Of a stretch of DNA of 64,000 bases, positions 24,779-36,824 are shown in pieces (positions within the stretch are counted from its first letter, which is position 1; every line of letters starts with the position of its first letter). Both the position numbers and the translations under genes were made by a program. The stretch spans positions 110,238,001 through 110,302,000 of the forward strand of contig NC_045696.1 in the NCBI RefSeq assembly GCF_009834535.1. The letters are read 5' to 3'. Source of the stretch: Camelus ferus (lineage: Eukaryota). The notes under the pieces were generated by a model. That model was not told the origin of the DNA. It did not search any database and was given only the letters and a program-made list of their open reading frames with translations.

Positions 24779-26291
24779 TTCCTACATTCCCTGGAATTTG
24801 AAGTTATTGGTGGGTGAGAGAGAAAGCAGAGGAGAGTTTACACCTGAGCAAGAAGGAAGGAAACAGAACAAGCATAGAGATGTAGATGATTTTATAGGTG
24901 GATGTATGCTCAACTTGAAGCTTTGGCTTCACTCTGAGGCCACAAAAAGATGTCACCTTACAACTTAAAAGGAGATTTTGGGCTCTCTGTACATTTTTTT
25001 CAGTGCTATTTATTTATGCATCAGACAGAGACACATTGCCATTTCTTTTAAGATAAAACTAGCAATGCCAAGCTGGGAGAGATCCAAGGAAAATAGAACT
25101 TAGTTATGCAGAATGGATTCAGAGAAATCACAAGAAATCCTGATATTTTAATATAGAGAGTCAAGATATTTGATCTACAGAAAACGCTCATGGATCAAAA
25201 ACAAATAGGCCTAGATTTTTCTTTCTATCTATAACCATTTTTGCATTAGGGACACCTTTGAGAGTCTAAGGAACATTATTAATGGACTTCACCCTTGAGA
25301 AATGTACCTAGGCAAAAAATGCTACATACACTATCAGAGGATTCACAGATGCACCAAAGCACATTGCAACCCTTAGGCTAAAGATCTGAAGCTCTGGAGC
25401 AATGTCCAAGGTAGTTTCAGCCAATAAGATGCAGACATCCTCCCTCCTCTGCTGTTGAGACAAGTGATTTATCAAGGCAGCAGTAAGAAGGCCAAGCAGT
25501 CACCATTTTTTTCCAGCTGTGTTTTCCAGCTGTGGGAGCTGGGCTCTTCTCATTGAAAGGAAAAGTCTTCCTCATTGCTTAAGGCGAATTCATTGTGAAA
25601 ATACTAAGGAAAGTAGCAAAACAAGAATCTCAACCCTCTGGCCAGCCTCACTCAGGGAAAATGGCACAGCCAAGCCTCATGGTGACATGGCAATGGGGAC
25701 TCATGTGTTGGGGTTCTGGAGGTCATCTAGGCTTCAGAAGTCTCCAAAAACGGGTTCCTGTGTCTTCTATCTTAGTATGTACCTGCTGCATGACTCTGTT
25801 ACTCTTTCTACTTCCATTTTGCCCTGTATCAGCAGCTCACTGACTCTCTGAACCACAGCCCGGCTCTCCACATCTGATTGCTTCAGGTGATCACTATCCC
25901 AGTAGATCAGGTCTCTTACGGTCAGATGCTCTCCCCTGAGCTAGCTGGCTTTGACCACCTTTGACCTACAGGAAGTATCTCAGAAGAGGGCTGGGACTGG
26001 CAAGACTTCTGGAGTTTGTCCTCTCTACCATTTTGCCCAAAGATCTCATGACTGTATAAAATAACTCCAAGTATATCCTTGTGAACTAAGACAATATGAA
26101 AATAAAATTCTGTTGCACCATGGGCCACTATACACCAGGAATGAGGCAATGGTAAGTTTGAGGCTAGAATTCATGGTACTGCTAGAGCATTCTGACTGTG
26201 ACTTCTGTGGACATTAGTCCTATGGACATTAATGTTGCTAAAAAGAACAATGTTAAGCAGGATTTACTGGAAATTTGTAAAACCTTACTCT

Positions 26292-26492
26292 GGTGATTAT
26301 AACACATCAATGAAGTTTCATCAGTGGTAACAAATGTTACCTGATAATGGGAGAGGCTGTGCATATGTGGGGGCAGGAGGAAAATGGGACATCTCTGTAC
26401 CTTCCTCTCAATTTTACTCTGACCCAAACACTGCTCTTAAAAAAATGAAGTCTTTATAAAAAACAAATAAAGCAAAACAACAACAAAAAATT
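26292..26492 (+). mobile_element. L1 3' end (L1MC1-like)
   Basis: gataatgggagaggctgtgcatatgtgggggcagg...tctctgtaccttcctctcaatttt plus A-rich tail. TSD cttactct at 26284-26291 and 26493-26500. Confidence 0.85.
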
Positions 26493-26807
26493 CTTACTCT
26501 AATAAAGAATGTTCACATTGGTTATTTTTCCCCAGTGGAGCACCCATTCTCAACCAACAATATGTTGGTTGCCACTGTTTTCCTTAAAATGTTTCCACTG
26601 TTTTCCTTAAAAATAAATGTTATCTGATGAATTATACTGAATAAGGCAAAATAACATTAAGAGTAACTACAGGAAAGTTCAGTTATATTTTTTCCAAGTA
26701 ATGTATTTGCAACAAAATTTTATAAAGTTCTTTGGGGATGGGAAAATTGTGCCTTAAATGTCCATGAGAAATGAGAGGGTTTGATTTCAGCTCCTAATGA
26801 TTTTGGC

Positions 26808-27114
26808 CAGCATTTCCCAGAATGTGTGGTGGAATAAAAGTTTTCTTAAATTCTTAGAGGAGCAAAGGATTCTGCGGTTCAACAAATTGGAAAATACTAC
26901 ATATTCTAGTCCTCATCCTGTGGATTTATAACACCCACCAGCATGTCAAAGATGCTTGGAAGCCCTGAGATAAAGAAGCTTGTTTGACTATATTTAATGC
27001 AGCATTTCTGAGTTCCCAAATGGATTTGATCATAACCTTTCTCCCCTTTTCCCCCAACTGTGTATTAACTGACCACAGAAATAGTGTTCTGTGGAAGAAA
27101 TTTGAGAAGTGCTG
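26808..27114. mobile_element. Old hAT-Charlie MITE (MER112/113-like)
   Basis: Inverted ends cagcatttcccaga / tttgagaagtgctg, degenerate 8-bp TSD attttggc/acttaggc. Confidence 0.7.
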
Positions 27115-27629
27115 ACTTAGGCTAAAAAGCTTGTAACCTATCATAGGAAAATTGCTACCTTTAGTGGAAAAAAAAAACTCTAATTTGAAGTAATACATAC
27201 AGAATGTACTCATTTTCTATTAAATGTGCACTTAAAAACTTTGAAGATGGAGAACAACATACCAGCGACTGTGAGTTCCGGGTGGTGGGTTCAGGCGTCT
27301 TTTCTCTACTCCCCTCCCTCCCCACTTTTTTCCTTCTCTGTCTCTTTAAAAGTCTTTGACATAAATATCTGTTGCTTTTGTAATAAGAAAATATATATTT
27401 TAAAGGAAAATGCCTGCTGAACTTTGGGGGAGAATACCATTTAAAGCGTTTGGGTAGAGATGGAAGTAAGTTTGGGAGAGGTAGGAGGGTAGAATGTTTC
27501 TCTGCCTTTCTCGTCCTCAACTCTTTTCAGCCTGTATTTTGGCAAAGGAGGCATCAGTGGGAAAATGATGAGAAAGTAAAAGTTGTTGATTCAAGCGTTT
27601 CCTAGTTTTTGCACCAGTAACATTGGATG

Positions 27630-28521
27630 TGCCAACTAAAAATTGTCACTTGCCATCTTCCTCTACAAGGGTTAGGTCACCAGCCACTGTAGTCGCCGAC
27701 CTTCCACACACCCTAAAAGGACTTCAGGGTGGAGATCCTATTCCATTATTTGGAAATTCCAACAGAAAAGGCAATTAAACAGTGAATGGGAGACACATGG
27801 TCTAGGTCTGCCCTTCTCACCCTTAGGGGACCTGAGTCAGCCACCTGGAACTCTATGGCTCTGTAGAACTCAGTTTTAAAACATAGCACTTAGCAATTAC
27901 AAGGAGCAATTATGAGTAATTGAGTAGAAGATTAACATTTTTTAAAGTGTAGTTTCAGGAAATTAGTTTGGCAGTAATATACAGAAATAATTGAATGAGG
28001 AAAAAAGGGGTTGAAGAGAGTTTAACAGATTGTTGCTGATCCCCTGATTTGAGGAGATAATAATAATATCTTATCTCTGTGTAGTGTATTCTGATGGTTA
28101 GAAACCTATCCTGCACATTATCTTACTTACCCTCCTAACACTGCCAAGTGATATGCGAGAAGAACGATGCACTCTCTGCTCTGGGAAAAACTGACAGAAC
28201 AGAACTTCAAAAAGTTAGAATTTTCAGGAGAAGATTTTGTGAGCCCAATTTCTTGCATCTTTTCCTATCTAGAAAAGCACTAAAATTATTAGCGGAGACA
28301 TCTGCTCCTCGTGATTAGCAGCAACTCTCTGCCAAAATATGTGCTTGATTGCACGTACCTCCTTCGCTAAAATCACGTATATACTGACCTCCTCCTTCCC
28401 TCTTTGAAACATTTCCTCAGAACTGTCTGGGAGGCCATCTCCCAGGCTAGAGCCCACTTGGCCCCAAATAAAACTTAATTCACAACTCTTACGTTGTGCC
28501 TTTTTTTTTGTCCAGTCAACA
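27630..28521 (+). mobile_element. ERV1-type solo LTR, interrupted at about 27738-28160
   Basis: Ends tgccaactaaaaa...ttttgtccagtcaaca, TATA-like gtatata, AATAAA near 28468, 4-bp flanks gatg/gaag. Confidence 0.75.
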
Positions 28522-28765
28522 GAAGGAATAGTCAACTAAGAAAGGATTCACTTCATTGCAAACATTGCCTTGAATAAATGAGTGCTACTTACAGTGTGAT
28601 GACCCCAAGAGGGGGCCAACATACAATGGCCTGCTATCAAAAAGGGAATCTGACAGTAGAAATTAGGGCTCACCAAGGAGCAAGGTGGCAAACAAGGGTT
28701 AACAAAATTTCTTCGAACAAGAGAGTCGAGTGAGCTGTCTTGCTACTGTAGTTTGGGCCATTGAG

Positions 28766-28969
28766 TTTTTTTTTTTTTCTTTTTCATATTCTTTTTCATT
28801 ATAGGTTACTATAATGAATATAGTTCAAGATATTGAATATAGTTCCCTGTGCTATACAGTATAAACTTGCTGTTGATCTATTTTATATATAGTAGTTAGT
28901 ATCTGCAAATCTCAAACTCCCAATGTATCCCTTCTCACCCCCTTCCACCCCACTGGTAACCATAAGTTT
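28766..28969 (-). mobile_element. Short L1 3'UTR fragment, camelid-type, lacking the normal terminus
   Basis: Poly-T joined directly to ttttcatattctttttcattataggtt, ends ggtaaccataagttt. Confidence 0.9.
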
Positions 28970-29778
28970 AAGACTAGAGGGCAGCAGCCTGCAAGGGTCT
29001 GGAGACTCCTTGTCAATAGCTGGCACAGGGCTGGGAGAAAGGCGCAAACTGACTGATTTCCTCCAGGTCTCCAGACAAACCCCGCAATCCTCCTCCTAAC
29101 CTGCACCTCCCCCCCCAACACCAGCTCAGTCAGTCCAATCCTTGCCTTGCAGCCTATTCCAAGCTCTGTGACCTTTAAATGGGTGATGAGTTTTGAGCCA
29201 TAGATGAAAGTTTAGTTACATACATTTAAGAAATTCAGGTGTAATTAGGGATGCTAATTACACCCTTTATGTGATCTGGGTTCTTAATCAGTTGATAAAG
29301 CAAGGAACCAAATAAAACATGGAACGACCTCTGCCTTATTACTCATAGGTTGGATTAAAGAACATGGCAAGTCCTCCTCTCTCCCTCCCCACTTCTGATC
29401 TAGGGATCAGATCTGCTGAAGCCTGCCTTATCCATCCAGTTATAGATAAAGAATTTGGAAGATAGTGAGACAAAAAGCACAATCTCCAACTATCTATTGT
29501 ATATATTTTGCCTTGGGCTTTCTTTTAAGGGAGAAAAACTCAGCCCTGTCTGAGTTTCAGTGCAATGGTCCTGGAAGTTAACCATACTTTGTTCCTTGGG
29601 GAGGAAAGGATGGAGGAGTGTAGAGTAACAGACCAGAGGCATAGCAGCTCTCTCCTGAACGTATGTGGAAAGGGGACCAAAGGTTCTTCTCTACTTACTT
29701 GTCTCACACACGCTTATACACACACTTTTGTTTCATGAGCATCTTGTCACTCCATGGATTAGCTACTGTTTCAACATA

Positions 29779-30288
29779 TGTGGCACATTCTATTTATCAA
29801 AGATGACCACAGCAATATCTCCCACCTCACATGCGTTTTTAGAACCATTCCTTCATCAAGAGATGGGATCTGTGTCTCCTCCTCTTGAATCTGGATGGGT
29901 CTTTTGACTACCTCCGTGAGTGGACTGTGGCAGAAGTGACATCATGACTTCCAAAGCTAGATAATAAAAATGTCTTGTACTTCTATCTTGTCCTTTGGGG
30001 GCAGTCTCTCTTGGACACTCAAGATCGAGGCCCAGGTAGCTTGTAAAGAGGCCACGTGGAGAGGAGTAGAGTCTTTTGACCTGTAGCCCTGGCTGAATTC
30101 CCACCTGACCACCAGCATCAGCTTGCCTGTCAGACGAGCGGGCCAGCCGAAAGAGTATATTCAGCTTTCAGTCAGGTTGCCGCAGCTAATGAGCCATCTC
30201 TGCTGAGCTCTGCCCAAATTTCAGATTCATGAGCGAAATAAATGATTATTTGGGGGTAGTTTGTTGCACCACAATAGATAACTGGCAC
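29779..30288 (+). mobile_element. MaLR solo LTR (MLT1F/G/H-like)
   Basis: tgtggca...cttgaatctgg...tggcagaagtgac...gtagtttgttgcaccacaatagataactg. Confidence 0.85.
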
Positions 30289-31194
30289 GGTATCTAACCA
30301 ATATAAATCTTAAAGGCAGCAGCACCAAAGGTGAGCTGTGAGAATTAGGGTGAGGCATCTTGCTGAATAGCATGAGTTTGAGTGTGAAAGAAGAGATCTT
30401 CTATCCATAAAGGAGACCAACCAATGTGTGATTATTGGTATGATCAGCACACTCTACTGCCCGAGTTTCAGTAATAGAAGAAGGTGTTGGGGAACTACTG
30501 CAATTAGCTTCTGTACCTGGGAACTCTGCAAAAGGGATTTCTCTCTGCTAGGGATAATAGGTGAGGTGTAGCATGTCAGAGCTGTGCTTAAAACGTCTTT
30601 ATTTTTTTCAGAGAGCCTCACAGTGGGAAGTCAAACCACCTTCTTCAAACATCTCGCTTAGTCACCAAATCCTGCCTGGCCAATCGTTTCAAAGACTAGC
30701 TGTGATTTTTGACTTGACTTCTTCTGAAAGCTATGCGGCCTCTCTCCTGGACCATTTGTACATCTTCTTCCCTTGCTTTTTCAAATGGCCTTTTAGGTCC
30801 TGAAGGTTTTTGACTGATCAAAAAAGTCACAGAAATAGACTGTGTGAAAGTACCTCCAGGAGTAGATTGGAAATAATGCTGTGAGTAATTAGAACACGAA
30901 CTAGTCCAGTAGTTAGTTCGTTGGGAATTCCAGAAGCATTCCAGGTTCACCCCTCTGCATAGACCAGAGAGTTCAGAGAAGCCTAAGAAAAATGAGAAGA
31001 GTAGAACCCATATTAAGAGCTCCCTTGCTTCACATTTCAATCATTCTAAAGTTCATCATCCTACTTTTTCCCAGGCAGGAAACTGAGAACTACCTCTGCT
31101 GATTTCTACCACTTAAATTGGTTTTTTCCCTCTCATTTTATCCAGGTCATTAGTCAGGTAAAATGTCAAAATTCTCCTTAGGTTTTTCTATATT

Positions 31195-31378
31195 TATGTC
31201 CATTATTTGTATATCTATTAATTATTATATATATTATTTATATATATTATTATATATATAAATCTATAAATATACTTACATGTTTAGATGTATGTTTATA
31301 TGTTTTATATATAGATTTATATGTTTATAGATATATGAAAGGCCATATATATAATTTATATATATATATATAAATTTT
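31195..31378. repeat. AT-rich/(TA)n low-complexity tract
   Basis: Degenerate tata/tatt arrays next to an old L1 tail at about 31376-31590. Confidence 0.9.
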
Positions 31379-32177
31379 TTGATGAACTTTTAAATTGAAG
31401 TGTAACATGCAGAAACATGTACAAATCATAAATGAGAGAGGGATGGAACTTTACAAAACACATCATATAACCATAACTGAAATCAACAATTAGCATTTCT
31501 AGTACCCAGAAGCGTCCCTCATACCCCCTTCTTCACCATTATTCAACCTTCTATCCACAAGGTGATCAGTATTTTTATTCCATCAAATGTTAGAATTTGG
31601 TACCCAATATTGCTCCCCTCATGAAACATTCCAGTGCAAGGTATATTCTATTTTGCTCAGGGTGACACTGATCCCTTGGCTTACCTCCTCTTCCTTCCTA
31701 AGTCCTCCTCTTTATTCCCAGGACATGGGGTGCTTTTTTAGATTTCCTCTAGAATTCAGTGGAGAATGATCTGGTGAGCAAAGACAAAGAAGTAAATGTC
31801 AGGGCTGGAGGCATCTTAGAGATAGGTCATCTGGTTTAAATACAATTTTTCTCAACTTATAGAAGAGGAGACTATGGCCCAGGGAGACTAAGTGGGTTAT
31901 CTTTGATCATATAACCAATTAATGGAAGTTCACGTCTGTAACCTCTTTCTGCTACACAGCAATGCCTCCATGCTGCCCTTCCAACACACGTACCTAAGGA
32001 CGAGGAGAAAACCCAACTGACGCATGTCAATCTGGCCCATTTTTCCTACCAAAGGAGAGCAGACAACACATTCTTTGTCCATGGAGTCAAACCCTTTTCC
32101 TTTAGGAGCCTCTTTGAAAGATTTTATCATATCAGAACAACTTCTGAGTGCAATTTGACAGAGTTTACCTTTTTCTC

Positions 32178-32960
32178 TCATTCATTTATTCTTTCACTCT
32201 CATTAATCCCCTCTTTCACTTAGCAAATATTTATTGAATGTCTATTATGTGCCAAGTATTGTCGTTATGTTCTAGAGATACAATAGTGAGTGAAAAAGAG
32301 AATACCCTTGTCCTCACACAGCTTATATTCTAATGGGTGAGGCAGTCAAGAAATAAGGCAAATAAGGAAATGCTGTGTTAGATGATGATTGGCATTATGG
32401 AGGAAACAGCAGAGAAGTGAATGTTGGAGGATGAGGTGAGGTGTTCTTTTGAAATGGGTGAAAAGTTTCACTGAGGTGACCTGTAAGACAATTCTTGAAA
32501 GAGGTGAAGGAGTAAACCATGCAGAAATCTGGGGGGAAAGCATTCTAGGCAGAGGAAACAGCAAGTACAAAGGCTCTGAGATGGGCTGTGCTTAGTGTGT
32601 TCAAGGAGCAGCAGGGAGGCCAGTGTGGCCAGAGCAGAAGCAAGGGAGAGAGTAATAGGAGACGAGGACAGAGAGGTAACAGGGAACCATACATGCCACT
32701 GTAAGAACTTAATTCTACTCTAGAGCAACAGGGAGCCATTGAGGGTCTGGGCCGAGGAATGCCATGACATGACTAATGACTAACTGGATCACTTTGGTAG
32801 CTCAGTTGAAAAGAGTCTTCAGGCAGGTGAGATGGAGGAAAGAATTCTTAACAGGCCATTGTAATCATCTTGGGAGAAGAATCTTGGGACCAGTGTGATG
32901 ACAAGGGAGGTGGTGAGAAGTGGTTGGATTTAAGATCCATTTTAAAGTTAGGAACAAGAG
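32178..32960 (-). mobile_element. L2 (L2a-like) 3' portion
   Basis: caaatatttattgaatgtctattatgtgccaag...agcattctaggcagaggaaacagcaagtacaaaggctctgag...ggaggccagtgtggccagagc. Confidence 0.9.
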
Positions 32961-33034
32961 AATTTTGTTTACCACAAAAAAGAGTGAATGTAAGTGTGGT
33001 GGTTTGAAAAAAAAAACAACTGAAAGTCCTTTAA

Positions 33035-33600
33035 TACTCCATCCTTCTTGACGGTCTGTATCTCCTCTCCTTGAATCCAAGTCAGCTTATGACTATCTTT
33101 TTTTTTTTATTTTAAAACACCTTTATTGTGGTATGATTGCGGAACAGTAAACTACATGCATATCAGAAGTACAATTTGATGATTTGATAGATATATGACT
33201 ATTTTGATCAAAAGAGTAAAAGTGGTGTTCGGTGACCTTTTAGGCTAGGTCATAAAGGCCATTCATTTTCTTCTTGGTCTTCTGGAATGCACACCACCAT
33301 CTTGGAACTGAGCTTTCATGAGGAAAGAAGTCCAAGCATACAGTGACACTAAGACGTAGGTGTCCCAGCTGACAATCCTACCTGAGCCCAGCCCAGACAC
33401 CAGGGAAAGTGAAAAAGCTTCCTGATCATTCTGCTAAGTCATTTAAGTCTTCCCAGTTGAGGCCTCAGACATCATGGGGAAGATATAAGCATTTCCACTG
33501 TGCCCTTCTGAATTCCTGACCCAAAGAATCTATATGCACAACAAACTATTAAGTCACTAAGTTTAGCAAGTTTGTTACATAGCAGTAGATAACAAAAACA
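33035..33600 (+). mobile_element. MaLR LTR (MLT1F/H-like) containing a ~95-bp minus-strand L1 3' end at 33097-33193
   Basis: cttgaatcc...aggctaggtcataaa...ttgttacatagcagtagataac. The inserted L1 has TSD tatgactat (33088-33096 / 33194-33202). Confidence 0.8.
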
Positions 33601-34506
33601 CAGACTCCAATAGGGGTACTTGCATTGCAGAACATCAAGAACAATCTCCTCACCCAGATTACACTCATTCACATTGTTACACAAAACCCACTGCGCAGCT
33701 GTCCAAGGTCTGGGGACAGAAACTTCACCATCATTATCCGTGTGTAAGCGTACTAGGAACGGGTAATGGCCCTGAATCCACTATCTCCCACTTACCAATA
33801 ATAAAACCCCTGCCAACTACGCAAAAAGCCAGATTGAAGAGATGCAGTCAGCAATCTGGCTCTTCCCTTTTTTAGCATTAATTACGATCATTTTGCTCTT
33901 ACTGGCTTTATTTTTATTAATATCTCCTCGAACAAGACAAAAAAAGAAAAGAACAAATACCTTCACACATGGGCAAGATTCCACAGACTCAATGAGAAAG
34001 CCAGGCATGTCTCAAGATAGACACCATCTGCTCTCTGCCTACTCAGTACCTGTGTGGGAAATTGTGAGTGACCAAGGATTCACACTGATTGAGGAGTAAT
34101 GGGTGGACTCAAGATCATCTGCCAGACTGTGTTCCAGTTTGAGATCATAATTCTTGGCTGATCCTCCATCACTGAGCTGTGGGAACAAGCTACTCACCAA
34201 CTTCTATTTCTCATACTGTAGGAAGAGAAAAATCTACTGAGTGATGGCGATCAGCGTTATCCTATGTTCTCAGGGCCCAAAGGAAATCAATTTTGTAGAA
34301 ATAGAATTTTCTAGAATAGATTTGCTCCAGTCCTCTTGTGGTTCAATAGTTATAGAAAGCTGCATCTCTATTTATCCATCCAATTACCATTTATCAAGAA
34401 ACTACTCTACACCAGGCCCTTTGCTAAAGGCAAGAAATACAGAGGCAGAGACAGGACAAGACTGATTTTTCAAGGCTCAGCCCAAATACCGTTCCCTCTG
34501 TAAACT

Positions 34507-34890
34507 TGTGGAAGGAACAATCCTGTGTATTTACCCACTTCATTTCATTTTCCCTCTGGGCTCTCTGAAAGACTAACTTCCAAGCTTCCCTCATAGCTAA
34601 ATATGAGTCATGTGACTAAATTCTAGCCAATGGAAGATCTGGAAAATATGATATCTGCATGGCCACTCTGTCCATAAACCCTCTGGGCAGTTCTCCCCAT
34701 ACCCTTCTACCTACCTTAGAGGCCACATGCTCAAGATGGTGAACTCATATGATGGAAAGAGTCTGAGTCCCTGAATGACCCCAGGGAGCAGAGCCACCTT
34801 GCAGGCCACACTGAAGTGAAAGAATCAAACAATCAACTTTTATTGTGTGAAGCCCCTGGGATCTAAGTTGTTGGCTTCTTCAGTTATTCA
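34507..34890 (+). mobile_element. MaLR LTR (MLT1J-like)
   Basis: catgtgactaaattctagccaatgga...ggaaagagtctgagtccctgaatgac...aacttttattgtgtgaagcc. Confidence 0.8.
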
Positions 34891-34980
34891 CTCCCTCCCT
34901 GCACCTGCCCCATGAGAAATACAAAATTTTTTTAATTGCCACATGACTCAGGGGCCACTCAGGAGACAGAAATCATACCA

Positions 34981-35627
34981 TTTTTTTAATTGTAGTGCAA
35001 TACACATAATATAAAATTTACCATCTTAACCATTTGGTAATGTTAAGTATATTCATGTTGTTGTGCAAACAACCTCCAGAAGTTTTTCCTCTTGCAAAAC
35101 TGAAATCTATACCCATTAAACAAGTCCCATTTTTCTCTTTCCCCAGCCTCCCTGACCACTATTCTACTTCCTGTTTCTATGAGTTTGACTATTCCAGATA
35201 ACTCATACAAGTGGAATCATACAGTATTTATCCTTTTGTGACTGACTTATTTCGTAGTATAGTGTCCTTAAGATTTATCCATATTGTAGACTGTGTCAGA
35301 ATTTCTTCTTTTTTAAGGTTGAATAACATTTTATTGAATGTATACCAGGTTTTGTTTATCCCTTAATCTGTCAATGGACACTTGGGTTGCTTCCATCCCT
35401 TGGCTATTGTGAATAATGCTGATATGAACACTGGTGTACAAATAACTCTTTGAGACCCTGCTTTTGATTCTTTTGGATATACGCCCAGAAGTGGAATTGC
35501 TGGATCAAATGGTAGTTCTATTTTCACTTTTTTTTGAGGAGTCTCCATACTGTTTTCCCTGTTGAGTGCACCATTTTACATTCTCACCAACAGTGCATAA
35601 GTGTACCAATTTCACATCCTCACCAAC
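34981..35627 (-). mobile_element. L1 (L1MA/MB-like) 3' fragment
   Basis: ORF 35363-35548 has the ORF2 motif [20 protein letters not shown]-like atcatacca / atcacacca. Confidence 0.92.
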
Positions 35628-35851
35628 ATCACACCAGGCTTTTTCGAACACAGAGAATTTAATATAAAGAATTGTTAACTAGGTAACTGAAAGGGTAAAA
35701 AGGAAATACTTAAGTTTTAAGGAAGTAACAGTTGCAGGAAGAAGCTAATACTCCATCAAAAGAACTCCATTGTTGAAGTGACCTCACAGGAGCCGAAAGC
35801 AAGCAGGTGAAGCGAATCCCTTTTTAACTTCTCTAGCCCTGCAGTCTTCCT

Positions 35852-35870
35852 CTAGCGCCCCCTGTTGGCA
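35852..35870 (-). promoter_or_regulatory. CTCF core motif inside LTR41-like element
   Basis: Minus strand TGCCAACAGGGGGCGCTAG, close to the CCACCAGGGGGCGCTA consensus. Confidence 0.6.
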
Positions 35871-36824
35871 GAGCCTAAAAGAGAGAAGATGGAAAAGCAG
35901 AAATGTTTGTAGTTTGGAGAGTCCCAACCTGAGCATCAGAAAGCAGAGTATGGAAGGGCAGGTTTGGAGCTTAATGAGCCCACTGGCCAGGGAGTGTCTA
36001 CTCTCTGCACACTCTCAGCACTTTGCCTGCTTTCTTGTGTGACACATATCACCTTCTACCTTGAATGGGAGTTCTTGGATATGTCTTAACTCTCTGATGC
36101 CAATTTAAATTCCTCTAAGAGCAAGATCAGTGGCTGATTCATCTGTTATACCTCCCTGGTGCTCCCCAAAGCTTAGCACAAAGTTATACAAGGTTTATAT
36201 ACAATAATTTTGTCAAATACACGCATTTGACTCCAGATGAGTAAAAGGGCAGTAGTTAGAAAGAAGCAAGAAATGAGCATGGAGGAAGCCCAACCATAAT
36301 GAAAGTCACTGGAGATTTGTGGATTGAATGAAATTTGGGCTGAGATATTAGTAAAAGCTTGTGACAAGCAGGCTCACACCAACTCTGTGTAGCTTCTGTA
36401 AGTCTTAACTGGAAGTGTCCTGGAAACCTGTGTTTATTTTGGTATTGGCACTTCATCTCTGGCAAGAGGAGGGGTGAGGAGAAGGAGAACAGGGCCTGTC
36501 TCAGGGCCCTTGCACTCTTCACAGGCAGACCTGGTCTCCCTACAATCTCCGCATGCTCTACTCAGAGGACTTCAGACCAGTTCTTAGACTCAAAGCACTA
36601 GGTCTGGCAGCAACCTTGAAGAGTTGGTGGCCTGTTACTATTTCTGCTTAACCAATTATCCCTAGACTTAGGGGCATAACAGTAACCATTCATCATGTTT
36701 ATGGGTTCTATGTGTCAGGAATTTATAAAGAACATACTAGAAGTGGCTTGTCTTTGGGGATTTTTGAGTCCCAGTGGGGAAGACTCTGTGGCTGGAGGAG
36801 TCTTCATGGATGAGAGTTAGAACA

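Larger units (their letters stand above)
34945..35972 (-). mobile_element. ERVL solo LTR (LTR41-like), split by L1
   Basis: tcaggagacagaaatcatacca continues after the L1 as cagagaatttaatataaagaattgttaactaggtaactgaaa...ctagcgccccctgttggcagagcct. Confidence 0.7.

Noticed and set aside
30557..30615. Donor GTGAGG and acceptor ttttttcAG as an intron
   Set aside because: About 50 nt is below typical mammalian intron size, and there are no coherent flanking exons.
33842..34099. ORF with a hydrophobic N-terminus and basic stretch resembling a small membrane protein
   Set aside because: Explained by T-rich then A-rich composition. No promoter, splice or homology support.
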